Part shown: in pieces, positions 1-10,606 of the stretch | Layout: the number at the start of each line of letters is the position of its first letter | How positions within the stretch are numbered: the stretch's first letter is position 1 | Origin: an uncultured delta proteobacterium | GTDB taxonomy: Bacteria > Myxococcota > Myxococcia > Myxococcales > Myxococcaceae | Assembly (NCBI GenBank): GCA_963796055.1 | Contig: CAWCKH010000003.1 | Coordinates: 512,001-576,000, forward strand | Direction: 5' to 3' | Length of the DNA stretch: 64,000 nucleotides | Notes under the pieces: model-generated | The model's input: the letters and a program-made list of their open reading frames with translations, nothing else | Told to the model about the DNA's origin: nothing | The model's database searches: none | Position numbers and translations under genes: made by a program

Positions 1-85
1 CGTCCATGGCATGGAGGGCGAGGTCCGGGTGGCCAGCCAGCTCGGGGTGGGGAGCACGTTCACCGTGGTCCTGCCGGCCGCCTAG
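1..85 (+). CDS. 3' end of a sensor histidine kinase (HATPase_c C-terminus), partial
   Basis: Frame from position 2 reads VHGMEGEVRVASQLGVGSTFTVVLPAA*, the usual G2-box C-terminus of HATPase_c domains. Confidence 0.8.
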   Translation, partial: VHGMEGEVRVASQLGVGSTFTVVLPAA

Positions 86-140
86 GAACACCCGGGTCCG
101 TGGCCGGACAGCGACGGGAACGGGTACACTGCAGGACGCC

Positions 141-1127
141 ATGCGGGTGGCCATCCTGGCAGACATCCACGGGAATCTCCCGGCCTGCGAGGCAGTGCTC
201 CAGGACATCGCCAGGAACGGGGCCGACGTGGTGGTGGCCGCCGGCGACCTGGCCCTCCGCGGCGCGCACCCCCGCGAGACGGTGGAGCTGCTCTTCGAGC
301 GCTGCCAGGCGGTGCTGATGGGGAACACCGACTGCTACATCGCCGGGAATTACCTGGGCGGCGCCTACCGGGAGCGGGAGCACTGGAAGCGAGATCTCCT
401 GGCGTGGACCCGGGACCAGCTCGGCCCCGAGTGGACGCGGAAGCTGGGCGAGCTTCCCTTCAGCGTGCGGTACTCCCCGCGGCGGGGGCAGGACCTCTAC
501 GTCTGCCACGCGAATCCCCGGAACCTCGAGGAGTCGGTGGACCCGACCCTGGACGACGCGGCGTTGCGCCGGTTCTTCGCCCACCTCGACGCCGCGGCGT
601 GCGCCTTCGGTCACCTGCACTTCCCCTACCGCCGCCGCTTCGGAAGGATGCTGCTGGCCGACGTGGCCTCTGCCGGCATCCCCCGCGACGGCGACGTGCG
701 CCCAGCCTACGGGCTCTTCACCTGGACGCCGCGTGGCTGGCGGGTGCAGATCCGCCGGGTTCGCTACTCGGTGCGCCGGGCCACGCAGGCCCTCACCGCG
801 CGCCGTGTGCCCGGGGGGCCGCTGCTGGTGCACAAGCTGCTCGAGGCGCGCTACCGCCAGCACGGCGCGCTGCTGGAGGCGGCCCGCCGGCACTCGGGCC
901 TCCCACCCGCGGGCGGACGTCCGGGGATCGAGGCGCTGCGGCACGACAGCCGACCCGGGGCGGCGGTGGTGGCCCTGACGCCGCCGGAGGGCATCCCGGC
1001 GCAGGCGGAGCCCGCGCCCGCCATTCCGGTGCTGGCCGCCGCGCCCCCGCTGGGGACGGGCCGGGTCGACGAGGTGGACGCGTCGGACGATGGACTGGGC
1101 GAGGACGCGGCCGTCACCTTCCGCTGA
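141..1127 (+). CDS. Calcineurin-like metallophosphoesterase
   Basis: MRVAILADIHGN, GDL, GNTD, CHA and FGHLH motifs; low-complexity C-terminal tail. Confidence 0.9.
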   Translation: MRVAILADIHGNLPACEAVLQDIARNGADVVVAAGDLALRGAHPRETVELLFERCQAVLMGNTDCYIAGNYLGGAYREREHWKRDLLAWTRDQLGPEWTRKLGELPFSVRYSPRRGQDLYVCHANPRNLEESVDPTLDDAALRRFFAHLDAAACAFGHLHFPYRRRFGRMLLADVASAGIPRDGDVRPAYGLFTWTPRGWRVQIRRVRYSVRRATQALTARRVPGGPLLVHKLLEARYRQHGALLEAARRHSGLPPAGGRPGIEALRHDSRPGAAVVALTPPEGIPAQAEPAPAIPVLAAAPPLGTGRVDEVDASDDGLGEDAAVTFR

Positions 1128-1193
1128 ACGTCCGCCCCCGACCTTGCTAGGTTGCGCCGCCACACCGTGGCGAGACCCCAGGAGTATGCACCG

Positions 1194-1868
1194 ATGAACA
1201 CCCTCCCCCTCGAGCAGGTGCTGCAGGCCGCGCTCGCTCCGCGCGATCTGCTGACCCACCCCTTCTACAAGGCATGGTCCGCCGGGGAGCTCCGGGCCGA
1301 GGACCTCGCGCGGTACGCCGAGCAGTACCGGTTCCAGGTCCACGCGCTCCCCGAGCTGCTGCGCCGGGCGCGCGCGCGCAGCGAGGATGCCGAGACCAGG
1401 GCCGAGCTGTCCCGGAACCTCGACGACGAGGAGGGGCGGACCGGCGTGGCCCACGCGCGGCTGTGGGAGGCGTTCGGGAGCGCGGTGGGCGCAGCGGCAG
1501 AGGCGTCGCCCTTGCCCGAGACGCGCGCCTCGGCCGAGGCGCTGACCGGTCTGGTGGGCGATGACGAGGTGACGGCGCTCGCCGCGCTCTGGGCATACGA
1601 GGTCCAGACCGCGCGGGTGGCGGACACCAAGGAAAGCGGCCTCCGCTGCTACGGCATTGACTCGCCGGTGGCGCTGCGTTTCTTCCGGCTGCACGGGGAG
1701 CTGGACGTGCACCACGCGCGGGGACTGCGCGAGGCCCTCGAGCGGGCGATCGCCAGGGGCGGCTCGGTCGAGACGGCGAAGGCGGCGGTGGAGCGCTCGG
1801 CGCTTGCCCAGTGGATGTTCCTGGACGGAGCCGAGCGGCTCCGGCAGGCGCGGCTGGTGGCGGCGTGA
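1194..1868 (+). CDS. CADD/PqqC-like heme-oxygenase-fold diiron oxidase
   Basis: LLTHPFYKAWSAGEL, NLDDEEG..HARLW, AYEVQ and HGELDVHH diiron ligand pattern; GGAG RBS upstream. Confidence 0.85.
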   Translation: MNTLPLEQVLQAALAPRDLLTHPFYKAWSAGELRAEDLARYAEQYRFQVHALPELLRRARARSEDAETRAELSRNLDDEEGRTGVAHARLWEAFGSAVGAAAEASPLPETRASAEALTGLVGDDEVTALAALWAYEVQTARVADTKESGLRCYGIDSPVALRFFRLHGELDVHHARGLREALERAIARGGSVETAKAAVERSALAQWMFLDGAERLRQARLVAA

Positions 1869-1925
1869 AATTGACTGCCTGATATACCCTTGCGCGGTTA
1901 TTCTGTGCCGTATATATCGGCCAGG

Positions 1926-2543
1926 ATGCCTCGCAAGGTCTCGAATCCTCTGGCCCTCGCGGTCCTGGCGCTCCTCCTGGAGAAGCCGAGGCACCCGTAC
2001 GACATGGGCCGGACGATGCGGGAGCGGGGCCAGGAGGAGAGCATCAAGCTGAACTACGGCTCGCTCTACAGCGTGCTCGAGCAGCTGCTCCGGGCCGGCT
2101 TCGTGGCCCAGCGCGAGACCCTCCGGGAGACGGCCCGCCCCGAGCGGACCATCTACGAGATCACCGACGCCGGTCGCGACGAGCTCCACGACTGGATGGC
2201 CGAGCTGGTGAGCACTCCGGTCAAGGAGTACCGCGCCTTCGAGGCGGCCCTGGCGCTGCTGGGGGTCCTCGTTCCGGAGGAGGCCATCCGCCTGCTCACC
2301 CTGCGGCGTCAGCGGCTCGAGGCACGCGTTGCCGAGCAGCGCGCCCGGATCGACGCCCTCGTCGCCGGGGGGCTCCACCCGTTCTTCCTCGTGGAGAACG
2401 AGTTCCGCCTGGCGCTGGAGAGCGCGGAGAAGACCTTCGTCGACCAGCTGCTGCGCACGCTCGACGATCCGAAGCTGGTGGAGATGTGGCGGAGCTTTCA
2501 CGAGCAGAGCGCGAAAGAGCGCGAGAAGGGAGGCCAGGAGTGA
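1926..2543 (+). CDS. PadR-family transcriptional regulator
   Basis: LAVLALLLEKPRHPYDM, NYGSLYSVL, RTIYEITDAG. Confidence 0.9.
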   Translation: MPRKVSNPLALAVLALLLEKPRHPYDMGRTMRERGQEESIKLNYGSLYSVLEQLLRAGFVAQRETLRETARPERTIYEITDAGRDELHDWMAELVSTPVKEYRAFEAALALLGVLVPEEAIRLLTLRRQRLEARVAEQRARIDALVAGGLHPFFLVENEFRLALESAEKTFVDQLLRTLDDPKLVEMWRSFHEQSAKEREKGGQE

Positions 2544-3778
2544 ACAGCGTCGGACGGCGGTACGGACGGGGGCTGGTGATCGGCGGAGGCATCGCCGGAC
2601 CAGTGATGGGCATGGCGCTCCAGCGGGTGGGGATCGAAAGCGCCATCTTCGAGGCGAGTTCCGGACCGTCCGATGGTGTCGGCGCTTTCCTCACCGTCGC
2701 CTCGAACGGGATCGATGCCCTTCAAGCCATCGACGCGCACCGGCCGGTGGTCGCCGCCGGCATCCGAACCGAGCGCATGGTGCTCTCCAGCGGAACCGGC
2801 AAGTTCCTCGGCGCGATCGAGGCGGGAGTCCCGCTCACCGACGGAAGCACGACCACCACCATCGAGCGCGCGACCCTGTACCGGCTGCTCCACGACGAGG
2901 CGCGGCGGCGGAGAATCCCCATCGCCCACGGGAAGCGGTTGGTCGGGATCGACGAGACCTCCGCCGGCGTCATCGCCCGGTTCGCCGACGGCAGCGCCGA
3001 GGAGGGAGGGTTCCTGATCGGTGCGGACGGGATCTGGTCCACGACCCGGCTCCTCCTCGATCTGGAGGCGCCCCGCCCCGAGTACACCGGGCTCTTCGGG
3101 CTCGGGGGCCGTGCGCGCGGCGTGAAGCTCGACACAGAGTCGTCGACCTTCGAGATGATCTTCGGCGCGCGGGCGTTCTTCGGCTTCATTCCAGATCGCT
3201 CGGACGTCCTCTGGTTCGCCAACCTCCCCGTGCGCCCCGAGCCCGAGCGCACGGAGCTCGCAGCGGTCCCGCCGCGCGCGTGGAAGGAGCGCCTCGTGGA
3301 GGCCTTCGCCGACGACGCTTTCCCGGCCCGGGAGATCATCGAGGCCACGGACGACGAGGACTTGCGGACCGCGAGCATGCACACCCTCGAGCCGCCGGCG
3401 AGCTGGTACAGGGGACGCTCCGTCCTGGTGGGCGACGCGGCGCACGTGACGTCCCCCAGCTCGGGTCAGGGCGCCTCGCTGGCCATGGAGGACGCGGTGG
3501 AGCTGGCGCGGTGCCTGAGGGAGCGGAACCGTGTCGGCTCCGCCTTCAGCGCCTTCCAGACCCTGCGGGAAGCGCGAGTCCGGCGCGTTCTCCGCGCGGC
3601 GAAGCGGGTCAACTCCGATAAGGCCGCCGGGCCAGTGGGGCGGGCAATCCGCGACGCGGTCATGCCGCTGATGATGCGGTGGATGGCCAACCCCGCCCGG
3701 CAGCTCTGGCTCCTCGCGCACCACATCGACTTCACGGGGCCCGTCGGTGGGCCGCGGGCTTTTCTGGAAGCGGCATAG
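2540..3778 (+). CDS. FAD-dependent monooxygenase
   Basis: IGGGIAG, LIGADGIWS, LVGDAAH..GQGASLAMEDA; GTGA overlap with padR. Confidence 0.9.
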   Translation: MNSVGRRYGRGLVIGGGIAGPVMGMALQRVGIESAIFEASSGPSDGVGAFLTVASNGIDALQAIDAHRPVVAAGIRTERMVLSSGTGKFLGAIEAGVPLTDGSTTTTIERATLYRLLHDEARRRRIPIAHGKRLVGIDETSAGVIARFADGSAEEGGFLIGADGIWSTTRLLLDLEAPRPEYTGLFGLGGRARGVKLDTESSTFEMIFGARAFFGFIPDRSDVLWFANLPVRPEPERTELAAVPPRAWKERLVEAFADDAFPAREIIEATDDEDLRTASMHTLEPPASWYRGRSVLVGDAAHVTSPSSGQGASLAMEDAVELARCLRERNRVGSAFSAFQTLREARVRRVLRAAKRVNSDKAAGPVGRAIRDAVMPLMMRWMANPARQLWLLAHHIDFTGPVGGPRAFLEAA

Positions 3779-3861
3779 CCCGGACCGATGTCGATCCGCG
3801 GACCGCTGCTTTGTCGTCTGGGCGTGGGCGCAGTTCAGCGCCCCCGACCAGGAGGCAGACC

Positions 3862-4058
3862 ATGGAAGCCAGCTCGACCTCTCGCCGCTCGGCGTTCATG
3901 CTGTTCGACGTTACCTCGGAGGCGCGGTGGCGGTGCACCTCCGGGTCGGCGACCCGCTCCCCACCCACACCCTGTTCCCGATCTACGTGGCGGCCCTGCT
4001 CTGGGCCGACCTCGCCTTGCGAGATGCCCGGGTTCGAGAGCTCGTCCGGTCGGAGTGA
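3862..4058 (+). pseudogene. DoxX-family membrane protein remnant (internal deletion and frameshift)
   Basis: GGAGG RBS + MEASSTSRRSAFMLFD, then in another frame YLGGAVAVHLRVGDPLPTHTLFPIYVAALLW..LRDARVR, a DoxX-like C-terminus; the middle is missing. Confidence 0.65.
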
Positions 4059-4125
4059 CCCCAGCGCGGTGGCGGTGCATGGCCCATGCACCGCCTGACC
4101 CTTGCCGGCAGGCCGCCGGCGTGGG

Positions 4126-5445
4126 ATGCGCGACGACGGCCCTCCGCCCGTGAGTCCTTCCACCCGCTCGCCCGCGCTCCGGGCCTTTCGCTCGCTCGAC
4201 TACCGACGGTTCCTCGGCTCGCGGCTGCTCGCCATCCTCGGCCTCGAGATGGTGAACGTCGCCGTCGGCTGGCAGGTCTATGCGCTCACCAAGCGGCCAC
4301 TGGACCTCGGCTACGTCGGGCTCGCGCAGTTCCTTCCCCCGCTCTTCCTCACCCTGCCAGCGGGGCACGCCGCCGACCGCTTCGACCGGCGCCGGGTGAT
4401 GCTGCTCTGCCACCTCGGCTTCGGGATCTGCGCCGGGCTGCTGGCCTGGCTCGCGCTCACCGGCGTCCGAAGCCCCGTGCCGATCTTCGTCGTGCTCCTC
4501 CTCCTCGGCGTCGCACGGGCCTTCAACGCTCCGGCAGCACAGGCGTTGATGCCGTCGCTCCTGCCCGAGGCCGACTTCCCCAACGCCGTGGCCTGGAACT
4601 CGAGCACCCTTCAGGTCGCCAACGTGGTCGGTCCGGCGCTCGGGGGCGCGCTCTATGCGCTGCTCGGAAGCCCCGAGTTCGTCTACCTCCTCGCCGCCGG
4701 GTTCGCCGTCCTCGACGTCGCGGTGCTCGCCGGGATCCGCACCCGGACCGGCCGGATGGAATCGAAGGCGACGTCCTGGTCAACGGTGCTCGCCGGAGTC
4801 CGGTACGTCTGGCACAACAAGGTCGTCCTCGGCTCCATCTCGCTGGACCTCTTCGCGGTGCTGCTCGGGGGCGCGGCCGCGCTGATGCCGGTGTTCGCCC
4901 AGGACGTGCTGCACACCGGCGCCTGGGGCCTGGGCATCCTCCGCGGCGCGCCGGCCCTGGGCGCCGGCGCCGTCGGGCTCTACCTCGCCGCCCGACCCCT
5001 CCGCCGCCACGTCGGCCGGACGATGCTGATCGGCGTGTCCGTCTTCGGGGCGGCCACGGTCGGCTTCGGGCTGTCGCGCGCCCTCTGGCTCTCGGTGCTG
5101 CTGCTGATCGTCATGGGCGCGGCCGACATGCTGAGCGTCTTCGTCCGCCTCACGCTGGTGCAGATCTCCCCGCCCCCCGAGATGCGAGGCCGGGTGAACG
5201 CGGTGAACATGCTCTTCATCGGGGCCAGCAACGAACTGGGCGAGTTCGAGTCCGGGCTCACCGCTCAGTGGCTCGGACCGGTGCGCGCGGTGGTCGCCGG
5301 CGGGGTCGGAACCCTGCTGGTGGTCCTCGCCTGGACGCGGCTTTTCCCCGAACTGGCGCGGGTGGATCGGCTGCCGACGGAATCCACGACCGCCAGGCTG
5401 GAACGCGAATCCAGCCCCGCCGAAGCCAGCGCGCCATCCGCCTGA
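4126..5445 (+). CDS. MFS transporter
   Basis: Multiple hydrophobic helices; GHAADRFDRRRV MFS motif; PEMRGRV. Confidence 0.9.
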   Translation: MRDDGPPPVSPSTRSPALRAFRSLDYRRFLGSRLLAILGLEMVNVAVGWQVYALTKRPLDLGYVGLAQFLPPLFLTLPAGHAADRFDRRRVMLLCHLGFGICAGLLAWLALTGVRSPVPIFVVLLLLGVARAFNAPAAQALMPSLLPEADFPNAVAWNSSTLQVANVVGPALGGALYALLGSPEFVYLLAAGFAVLDVAVLAGIRTRTGRMESKATSWSTVLAGVRYVWHNKVVLGSISLDLFAVLLGGAAALMPVFAQDVLHTGAWGLGILRGAPALGAGAVGLYLAARPLRRHVGRTMLIGVSVFGAATVGFGLSRALWLSVLLLIVMGAADMLSVFVRLTLVQISPPPEMRGRVNAVNMLFIGASNELGEFESGLTAQWLGPVRAVVAGGVGTLLVVLAWTRLFPELARVDRLPTESTTARLERESSPAEASAPSA

Positions 5446-5500
5446 TTCCCGGTACTTCGGTTCAGGTGACGAAAGCGTGTAACCGGGCTTCCGAGCGGAG

Positions 5501-5533
5501 CTTTCACCGGCCCGTCACCAAGACGCCATCGAG
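5501..5533 (+). promoter_or_regulatory. Putative Pho box (three 11-bp-spaced units)
   Basis: CTTTCACcggc / CCGTCACcaag / ACGCCATcgag upstream of pstS, resembling CTGTCAT-N4 repeats. Confidence 0.45.
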
Positions 5534-5599
5534 TCCGCTTACATCGCCGGCGGCTGAATCGTCTCCACCGACAGACATTCAAAAAGGGAGAGTCACACC

Positions 5600-6622
5600 A
5601 TGAAGAGGTTGCTGATTGGCGCCGCGCTGCTCCTCGGCACCATCGCGTCCGCAGAGAGCCTGCTGATCAACGGAGCCGGCGCGACGTTCCCGTTCCCCAT
5701 CTATTCCAAGTGGTTCAACGAGTACAATCACCTCCACCCGGACATCAAATTCAACTATCAGTCCATCGGGTCGGGCGGTGGCATCAAGCAGTTCACCGAC
5801 GGCACGGTCGACTTCGGCGCCAGCGACGCCCCGATGAAGGACGATCAGATCGCCAAGGCACCGGACGTGGTTCACATCCCCACCGTCCTGGGCGCCGACG
5901 TCGTCGCCTACAACGCGCCCGGAGTGAAGAACCTGCGCTTCTCTCCCCAGACCATCGCCAACATCTTCCTGGGGAAGATCACCAAGTGGAACGACCCAGC
6001 GATCGCGGCGGATAACCCCGGCCTCAAGCTTCCCGATCAGAGCATCACCGTCGCGCACCGGTCCGATGGCTCGGGCACGACCTACATCTTCACCGACTAC
6101 CTCTCGAAGGTCTCGCCGGAGTGGAAGAGCAAGGTCGGCGCCGGGACCAGCGTGAACTGGCCGGTCGGACTCGGGGGCAAGGGCAACGAAGGCGTCACCG
6201 GAATCGTCAAGAGCACGCCCGGCTCCCTCGGCTACGTCGAGCTGATCTACGCCATCCAGCAGAAGCTCTCGGTCGCGGACGTCAAGAACAAGGACGGGAA
6301 CTGGGTGAAGCCCTCGCTGGAGAGCACCACTGCTGCCGCCGCCGGCATCGAGATGCCTCCGGACTACCGGGTCTCGATCACCAACCCCGAGGGGAAGGAC
6401 GCATATCCGATCGCCGGCTTCACTTACCTCCTCGTCCACAAGGATGCGAAGGACAAGAGCAAGGGCACGGCGATCATCAACTTCCTGCGCTGGGCGATCA
6501 CCGACGGGCAGAAGCTTGCCACTCCCCTCGACTACGCCCCGCTTCCGAAGCCGGTCCAGGAGCGGGTGCTGAAGACCATCGACACGCTGACCGTGCAGGG
6601 CACGAAGATCAGTGCCAGGTAG
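5600..6622 (+). CDS. pstS: Phosphate ABC transporter substrate-binding protein
   Basis: Signal peptide; GAGATFP, YQSIGSGGGI, DFGASD, HRSDGSGTT, GKGNEGV. Confidence 0.97.
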   Translation: MKRLLIGAALLLGTIASAESLLINGAGATFPFPIYSKWFNEYNHLHPDIKFNYQSIGSGGGIKQFTDGTVDFGASDAPMKDDQIAKAPDVVHIPTVLGADVVAYNAPGVKNLRFSPQTIANIFLGKITKWNDPAIAADNPGLKLPDQSITVAHRSDGSGTTYIFTDYLSKVSPEWKSKVGAGTSVNWPVGLGGKGNEGVTGIVKSTPGSLGYVELIYAIQQKLSVADVKNKDGNWVKPSLESTTAAAAGIEMPPDYRVSITNPEGKDAYPIAGFTYLLVHKDAKDKSKGTAIINFLRWAITDGQKLATPLDYAPLPKPVQERVLKTIDTLTVQGTKISAR

Positions 6623-6632
6623 GGAGGCAGTC

Positions 6633-7613
6633 GTGGACGTTCCGGCCTCAACTGCCGACGCGTCCGACCCCCACGCCGGCCACCCGGGAGTCAGCAACCT
6701 GGGTGACCGGGTGTTCGGTGGAACGCTGTGGATCCTCGGGATCATGATCCTGGTGGTCGCGGCGCTGATCGTTTTGAACCTGGCTCTGGTCGCGCGGCCG
6801 CTGGCCAAGGAGCACAGCCTCTGGGGGTTCATCACCAACACCCAGTGGGATCCGGTCGAGGACCACTTCGGGGCTCTCACCTTCCTCTATGGCACCCTGG
6901 TCACTGCAGGGGTGTCGCTGGTTCTCGCGGTCCCGGTGGCGATCGGCCTCAGCCTCTTCATCACCCAGTTTGCCCCCCCCAAGCTCGGTCGTGTCCTGAC
7001 CATCCCGGTAGAGCTCCTGGCAGCCATTCCCTCCGTCGTGTACGGGCTGTGGGGCCTCTTCATCGTCGTTCCCTGGCTGCGGAGTACGATCGAGCCCTGG
7101 CTGGGCAAGCACTTCGGCTGGATCCCCCTGTTCCAGGGCCCTCCGATCGGTCTGGGCTATCTTGCCTCGAGCATCATCCTCGCGGTGATGATCCTCCCTA
7201 CCATCGTCGCGGTCTCGGTGGAGGTGATGAAGACCACGCCGGAGGCGAATCGAGAGGCGGCGCTGGCCCTGGGGGCGACCAAGTGGGAAGCGGTGATGAT
7301 GGCCGTCATTCCCTACAGCCGCGCGGGGATCCTCGGCGCCGTGCTCCTCGGACTGGGCCGCTCGCTCGGCGAGACGATGGCAGTGACCATGGTCATCGGG
7401 AACACGCCCCAGATCTCCGCGTCGCTCTTCGCAGCCGGGTACAGCCTCCCAGCGGTGATCGCCAACGAGTTCGCAGAGGCGGTCACCAACGTTCACATCG
7501 GAGCACTGGCAGGCTTGGGACTCATCCTCTTCGCCACCACGTTCCTCCTCAACGCCGGAGCCCGGGTGCTGGTCACCGCGGTCCAGAAGGGCCCCAGGCG
7601 GATCTCCGGATGA
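6633..7613 (+). CDS. pstC: Phosphate ABC transporter permease
   Basis: ELLAAIPSVVYGLWG, LGRSLGETMAVTMVIGN; GGGAGG RBS before GTG. Confidence 0.95.
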   Translation: MDVPASTADASDPHAGHPGVSNLGDRVFGGTLWILGIMILVVAALIVLNLALVARPLAKEHSLWGFITNTQWDPVEDHFGALTFLYGTLVTAGVSLVLAVPVAIGLSLFITQFAPPKLGRVLTIPVELLAAIPSVVYGLWGLFIVVPWLRSTIEPWLGKHFGWIPLFQGPPIGLGYLASSIILAVMILPTIVAVSVEVMKTTPEANREAALALGATKWEAVMMAVIPYSRAGILGAVLLGLGRSLGETMAVTMVIGNTPQISASLFAAGYSLPAVIANEFAEAVTNVHIGALAGLGLILFATTFLLNAGARVLVTAVQKGPRRISG

Positions 7614-8464
7614 ACCTTCACTCCTCCTTCACCTACCGGAAGATCGTCGACCGGGGGATGGCGGTGGTGTGTGCCCTGTTCTTCGCCCTGGCGTTCGTCC
7701 CGCTGCTCTCGGTGCTCTGGCTGGTGATCAGCAAGGGCGCCGCCGGGCTCTCCTGGGACTTCTTCACCCAGCTGCCCAAGCCGGTGGGTGAGGTAGGGGG
7801 CGGCGTCGGGAACGCCCTCGTCGGGACACTGTTCATGGTCGGCCTGGCCTGTCTCATCGGTCTGCCCCTGGGTGTCGGGGCCGGGGTGTTCCTGGCCGAG
7901 AAAGGGGACGGAACGGTGGGCGCCTCCGTCCGCTTCATGGCCGAGGTGCTTTCAGGTGTTCCCTCCATCGTGGTGGGAATCGTCGCCTACGCGCTGGTGG
8001 TGCTTCCGATGGGACACTTCTCGGCGCTTGCCGGAGCCGTGGCTCTGGCGATCCTGATGATTCCCACGCTCGCCCGGGCCACCGAGGAGCTGGTGAGGCT
8101 CGTTCCGGGATCGCTCCGCGAAGCCTCTCTGGCCCTGGGCGTCCCCCACTGGAAGACCAGCGTCCGGGTGGTCATCCGCACCGCGATGAGCGGAATCGTC
8201 ACCGCGTGCCTGCTCGCGGTCGCCCGGGCGGCAGGGGAGACCGCGCCCCTCCTCTTCACCGCCCTGAACAACCAGTACTGGAACACCGACCCACGCGCGC
8301 CGACGGCGTCGTTGACGGTCGCCATCTTCAACTACGCGATCAGCCCCTACGACGACTGGCACGCGAAGGCCTGGACAGCCGCGCTGGTTCTCCTGATCGT
8401 GGTGGGCCTCTTGAACATCATCTCGCGGATTGCCACCCGCAGCCGGCTGAAGGGCGCTCGATGA
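7610..8464 (+). CDS. pstA: Phosphate ABC transporter permease
   Basis: [33 protein letters not shown] coupling to pstC. Confidence 0.95.
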   Translation: MNLHSSFTYRKIVDRGMAVVCALFFALAFVPLLSVLWLVISKGAAGLSWDFFTQLPKPVGEVGGGVGNALVGTLFMVGLACLIGLPLGVGAGVFLAEKGDGTVGASVRFMAEVLSGVPSIVVGIVAYALVVLPMGHFSALAGAVALAILMIPTLARATEELVRLVPGSLREASLALGVPHWKTSVRVVIRTAMSGIVTACLLAVARAAGETAPLLFTALNNQYWNTDPRAPTASLTVAIFNYAISPYDDWHAKAWTAALVLLIVVGLLNIISRIATRSRLKGAR

Positions 8465-9306
8465 CTCCCGCTCCCGCGGCACAAGCCATGACTCAAGAGA
8501 AGCCCGCCTCCGTCCCCCCGCACCCAGCCCCACAACCGGGGACCGCCGAGGAGAGCCTCCCCAAGGTCGAGGTCCAGGACCTCAACGTCTACTTCCGGAA
8601 GAACCACGCCATCCGGCACGTCTCGCTCAAGGTGCAGCCGCAGACGGTGATGGCAGTGATCGGCCCATCCGGCTGCGGCAAGTCGACCTTCGTCCGCGCG
8701 CTGAACCGGATGCACGACCTGGTCCCGGGTGCCCGGGTCGAGGGCAAGGTCTACGTCGACGGCAAGGATCTCTACGCCAAAGCCATCGACCCGGTGCTGC
8801 TCCGCCGCCGGGTGGGGATGGTGTTCCAGCGGCCAAACCCCTTCCCCACCATGTCGATCTACGAGAACGTCGCCGCCGGGCTGACCCTCAACGGCATGGG
8901 TGGGAACCACCAGGAGGTCGTCGAGCACTGCCTCCGTCAGGCGGCGCTGTGGGACGAGGTGAAGGACCGGCTGAAGCACGCCGGCACGTCGCTCTCCGGC
9001 GGGCAGCAGCAGCGGCTCTGCATCGCCCGGGCGCTGGCGGTGCAGCCCGAGGTGCTGCTGATGGACGAGCCGGCCTCGGCGCTCGACCCCATCGCCACCG
9101 CGAAGATCGAGGAGCTGATCCACGAGCTGAAGGAAAAGTACACCATCATCATCGTGACCCATTCCATGCAGCAGGCGGCTCGCGTGTCGGACAACACCGC
9201 GTTCTTCTACCTGGGCGAGCTCATCGAGATCGGGCCCACCGCACAGATCTTCACCAACCCGCGCGAGCGACGGACGGAGGACTATGTCACCGGCAAGTTC
9301 GGGTAA
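8461..9306 (+). CDS. pstB: Phosphate ABC transporter ATPase
   Basis: [42 protein letters not shown]. Confidence 0.97.
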   Translation: MTPAPAAQAMTQEKPASVPPHPAPQPGTAEESLPKVEVQDLNVYFRKNHAIRHVSLKVQPQTVMAVIGPSGCGKSTFVRALNRMHDLVPGARVEGKVYVDGKDLYAKAIDPVLLRRRVGMVFQRPNPFPTMSIYENVAAGLTLNGMGGNHQEVVEHCLRQAALWDEVKDRLKHAGTSLSGGQQQRLCIARALAVQPEVLLMDEPASALDPIATAKIEELIHELKEKYTIIIVTHSMQQAARVSDNTAFFYLGELIEIGPTAQIFTNPRERRTEDYVTGKFG

Positions 9307-9994
9307 GGCGGGCGCGGCGCACACCGACAAGGCGTTCGAGTCGGACCTCCGCCTGGTCCGGGAGAAGCTCCTGGCGATGGGAGCCAAGGTGGAGGAGCAG
9401 ATCGCCAAGAGCATGCGCTCGCTCACCGACCGGGACTCGGAGCTGGGCGAGCAGGTGAAGGATGGGGACATCGAGGTCAACCGGCTCGAGGTCGACATCG
9501 ACGAGCTGTGCCGGAAGATCCTCGCCCTTCGGCAGCCGGCGGCCTCGGACCTCCGGTTGATCACCACCGCGCTGAAGATCGTCACCGACCTGGAGCGCAT
9601 CGGGGACCTGGCGGTGAACATCGCCGAGCGGGCCATGGACCTGAACCAGGCCCCGCCGCTCGCCGCCTACGTGGACATGCCGCGGCTGGCCGAACTGGCG
9701 CAGGAGCAGGTGAAGAAAGCGCTCGACTCCTTCGTCCGCGCCGACCCCGAGGAGGCCCAGGAGGTGCTCGCCGGGGACGACCACCTCGACGACCTGTTCG
9801 TGAAGATCTTCAACGAGCTCCTGGCCTTCATGATGGAGGACTCGCGGAACATCCGCCGCGCCACCTCGCTGGTCTCGATCTGCAAGCACCTGGAGCGGAT
9901 CGGCGACCACGCGGTGAACGTGGCGGAGATGGTCATCTACATGGTGCGGGGCACCGACGTCCGGCACCCAAGGAGCCGGGCCGTCGAGAGTTGA
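9284..9994 (+). CDS. phoU: Phosphate signalling protein PhoU
   Basis: [16 protein letters not shown] and HLERIGDH repeats. Confidence 0.95.
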   Translation: MSPASSGKAGAAHTDKAFESDLRLVREKLLAMGAKVEEQIAKSMRSLTDRDSELGEQVKDGDIEVNRLEVDIDELCRKILALRQPAASDLRLITTALKIVTDLERIGDLAVNIAERAMDLNQAPPLAAYVDMPRLAELAQEQVKKALDSFVRADPEEAQEVLAGDDHLDDLFVKIFNELLAFMMEDSRNIRRATSLVSICKHLERIGDHAVNVAEMVIYMVRGTDVRHPRSRAVES

Positions 9995-10071
9995 CGGCCG
10001 GTCGCTCCCCGGCCGGGCTCACCTCCCGGCCGTGACCGTCCCCCGACCTCTCTGCCAACCTCGGGACTCGC

Positions 10072-10440
10072 GTGGGGACGGCCGGAACTCCGAAACGCAA
10101 GGTGCTGGTCGTCGACGACGACCCGAGCTGGCGGCACATCCTGGTGCTCGAGCTGGAGGAGCTGGGTTACGAGCCGGTGGAGGCCGCCGACGGCGCCGAG
10201 GCGCTCCACCTGCTCGAGCAGGTGGACTGCTTCGTGGTCCTGCTGGACCTCCGGATGCCAGGCCTGGACGGCCGCGAGTTCCTGGCGCGGCTTCCGCCCG
10301 GGGGGCCGCGGGTGGTGCTCCTCACCGCCGCCGGCATGGACGAGGTGCAGCAGGCGCTGGCGACGAGTCCGCACTACTACCTGCCCAAGGCCGCCGGGCG
10401 GGACGAGCTCGCGCTGATGCTCCAGTCGCTCGCCGCCTGA
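10072..10440 (+). CDS. Single-domain response regulator (receiver only)
   Basis: VLVVDDD, LLDLRMPGLDG, LLTA, YLPK. Confidence 0.9.
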   Translation: MGTAGTPKRKVLVVDDDPSWRHILVLELEELGYEPVEAADGAEALHLLEQVDCFVVLLDLRMPGLDGREFLARLPPGGPRVVLLTAAGMDEVQQALATSPHYYLPKAAGRDELALMLQSLAA

Positions 10441-10606
10441 GGGCCGCGGCGCCGCCAGGACGCACGGCGCTCGAGTGCCAGGTCCCACCGACGACCGCTG
10501 ACCACCCGGGTCCACACCAGGGGCCGCCTGTGTCCAGTGGCGCGGACGGCCGGGGCGCATCTCTCCCCGCTCGTCGCTGGCGCGCGCGCTGCACCAGCAT
10601 TCACGG

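Noticed and set aside
60..2501. 813-aa minus-strand ORF and many similar long shadow ORFs
   Set aside because: Antisense or alternate frames of well-supported genes; expected at high GC; no motifs
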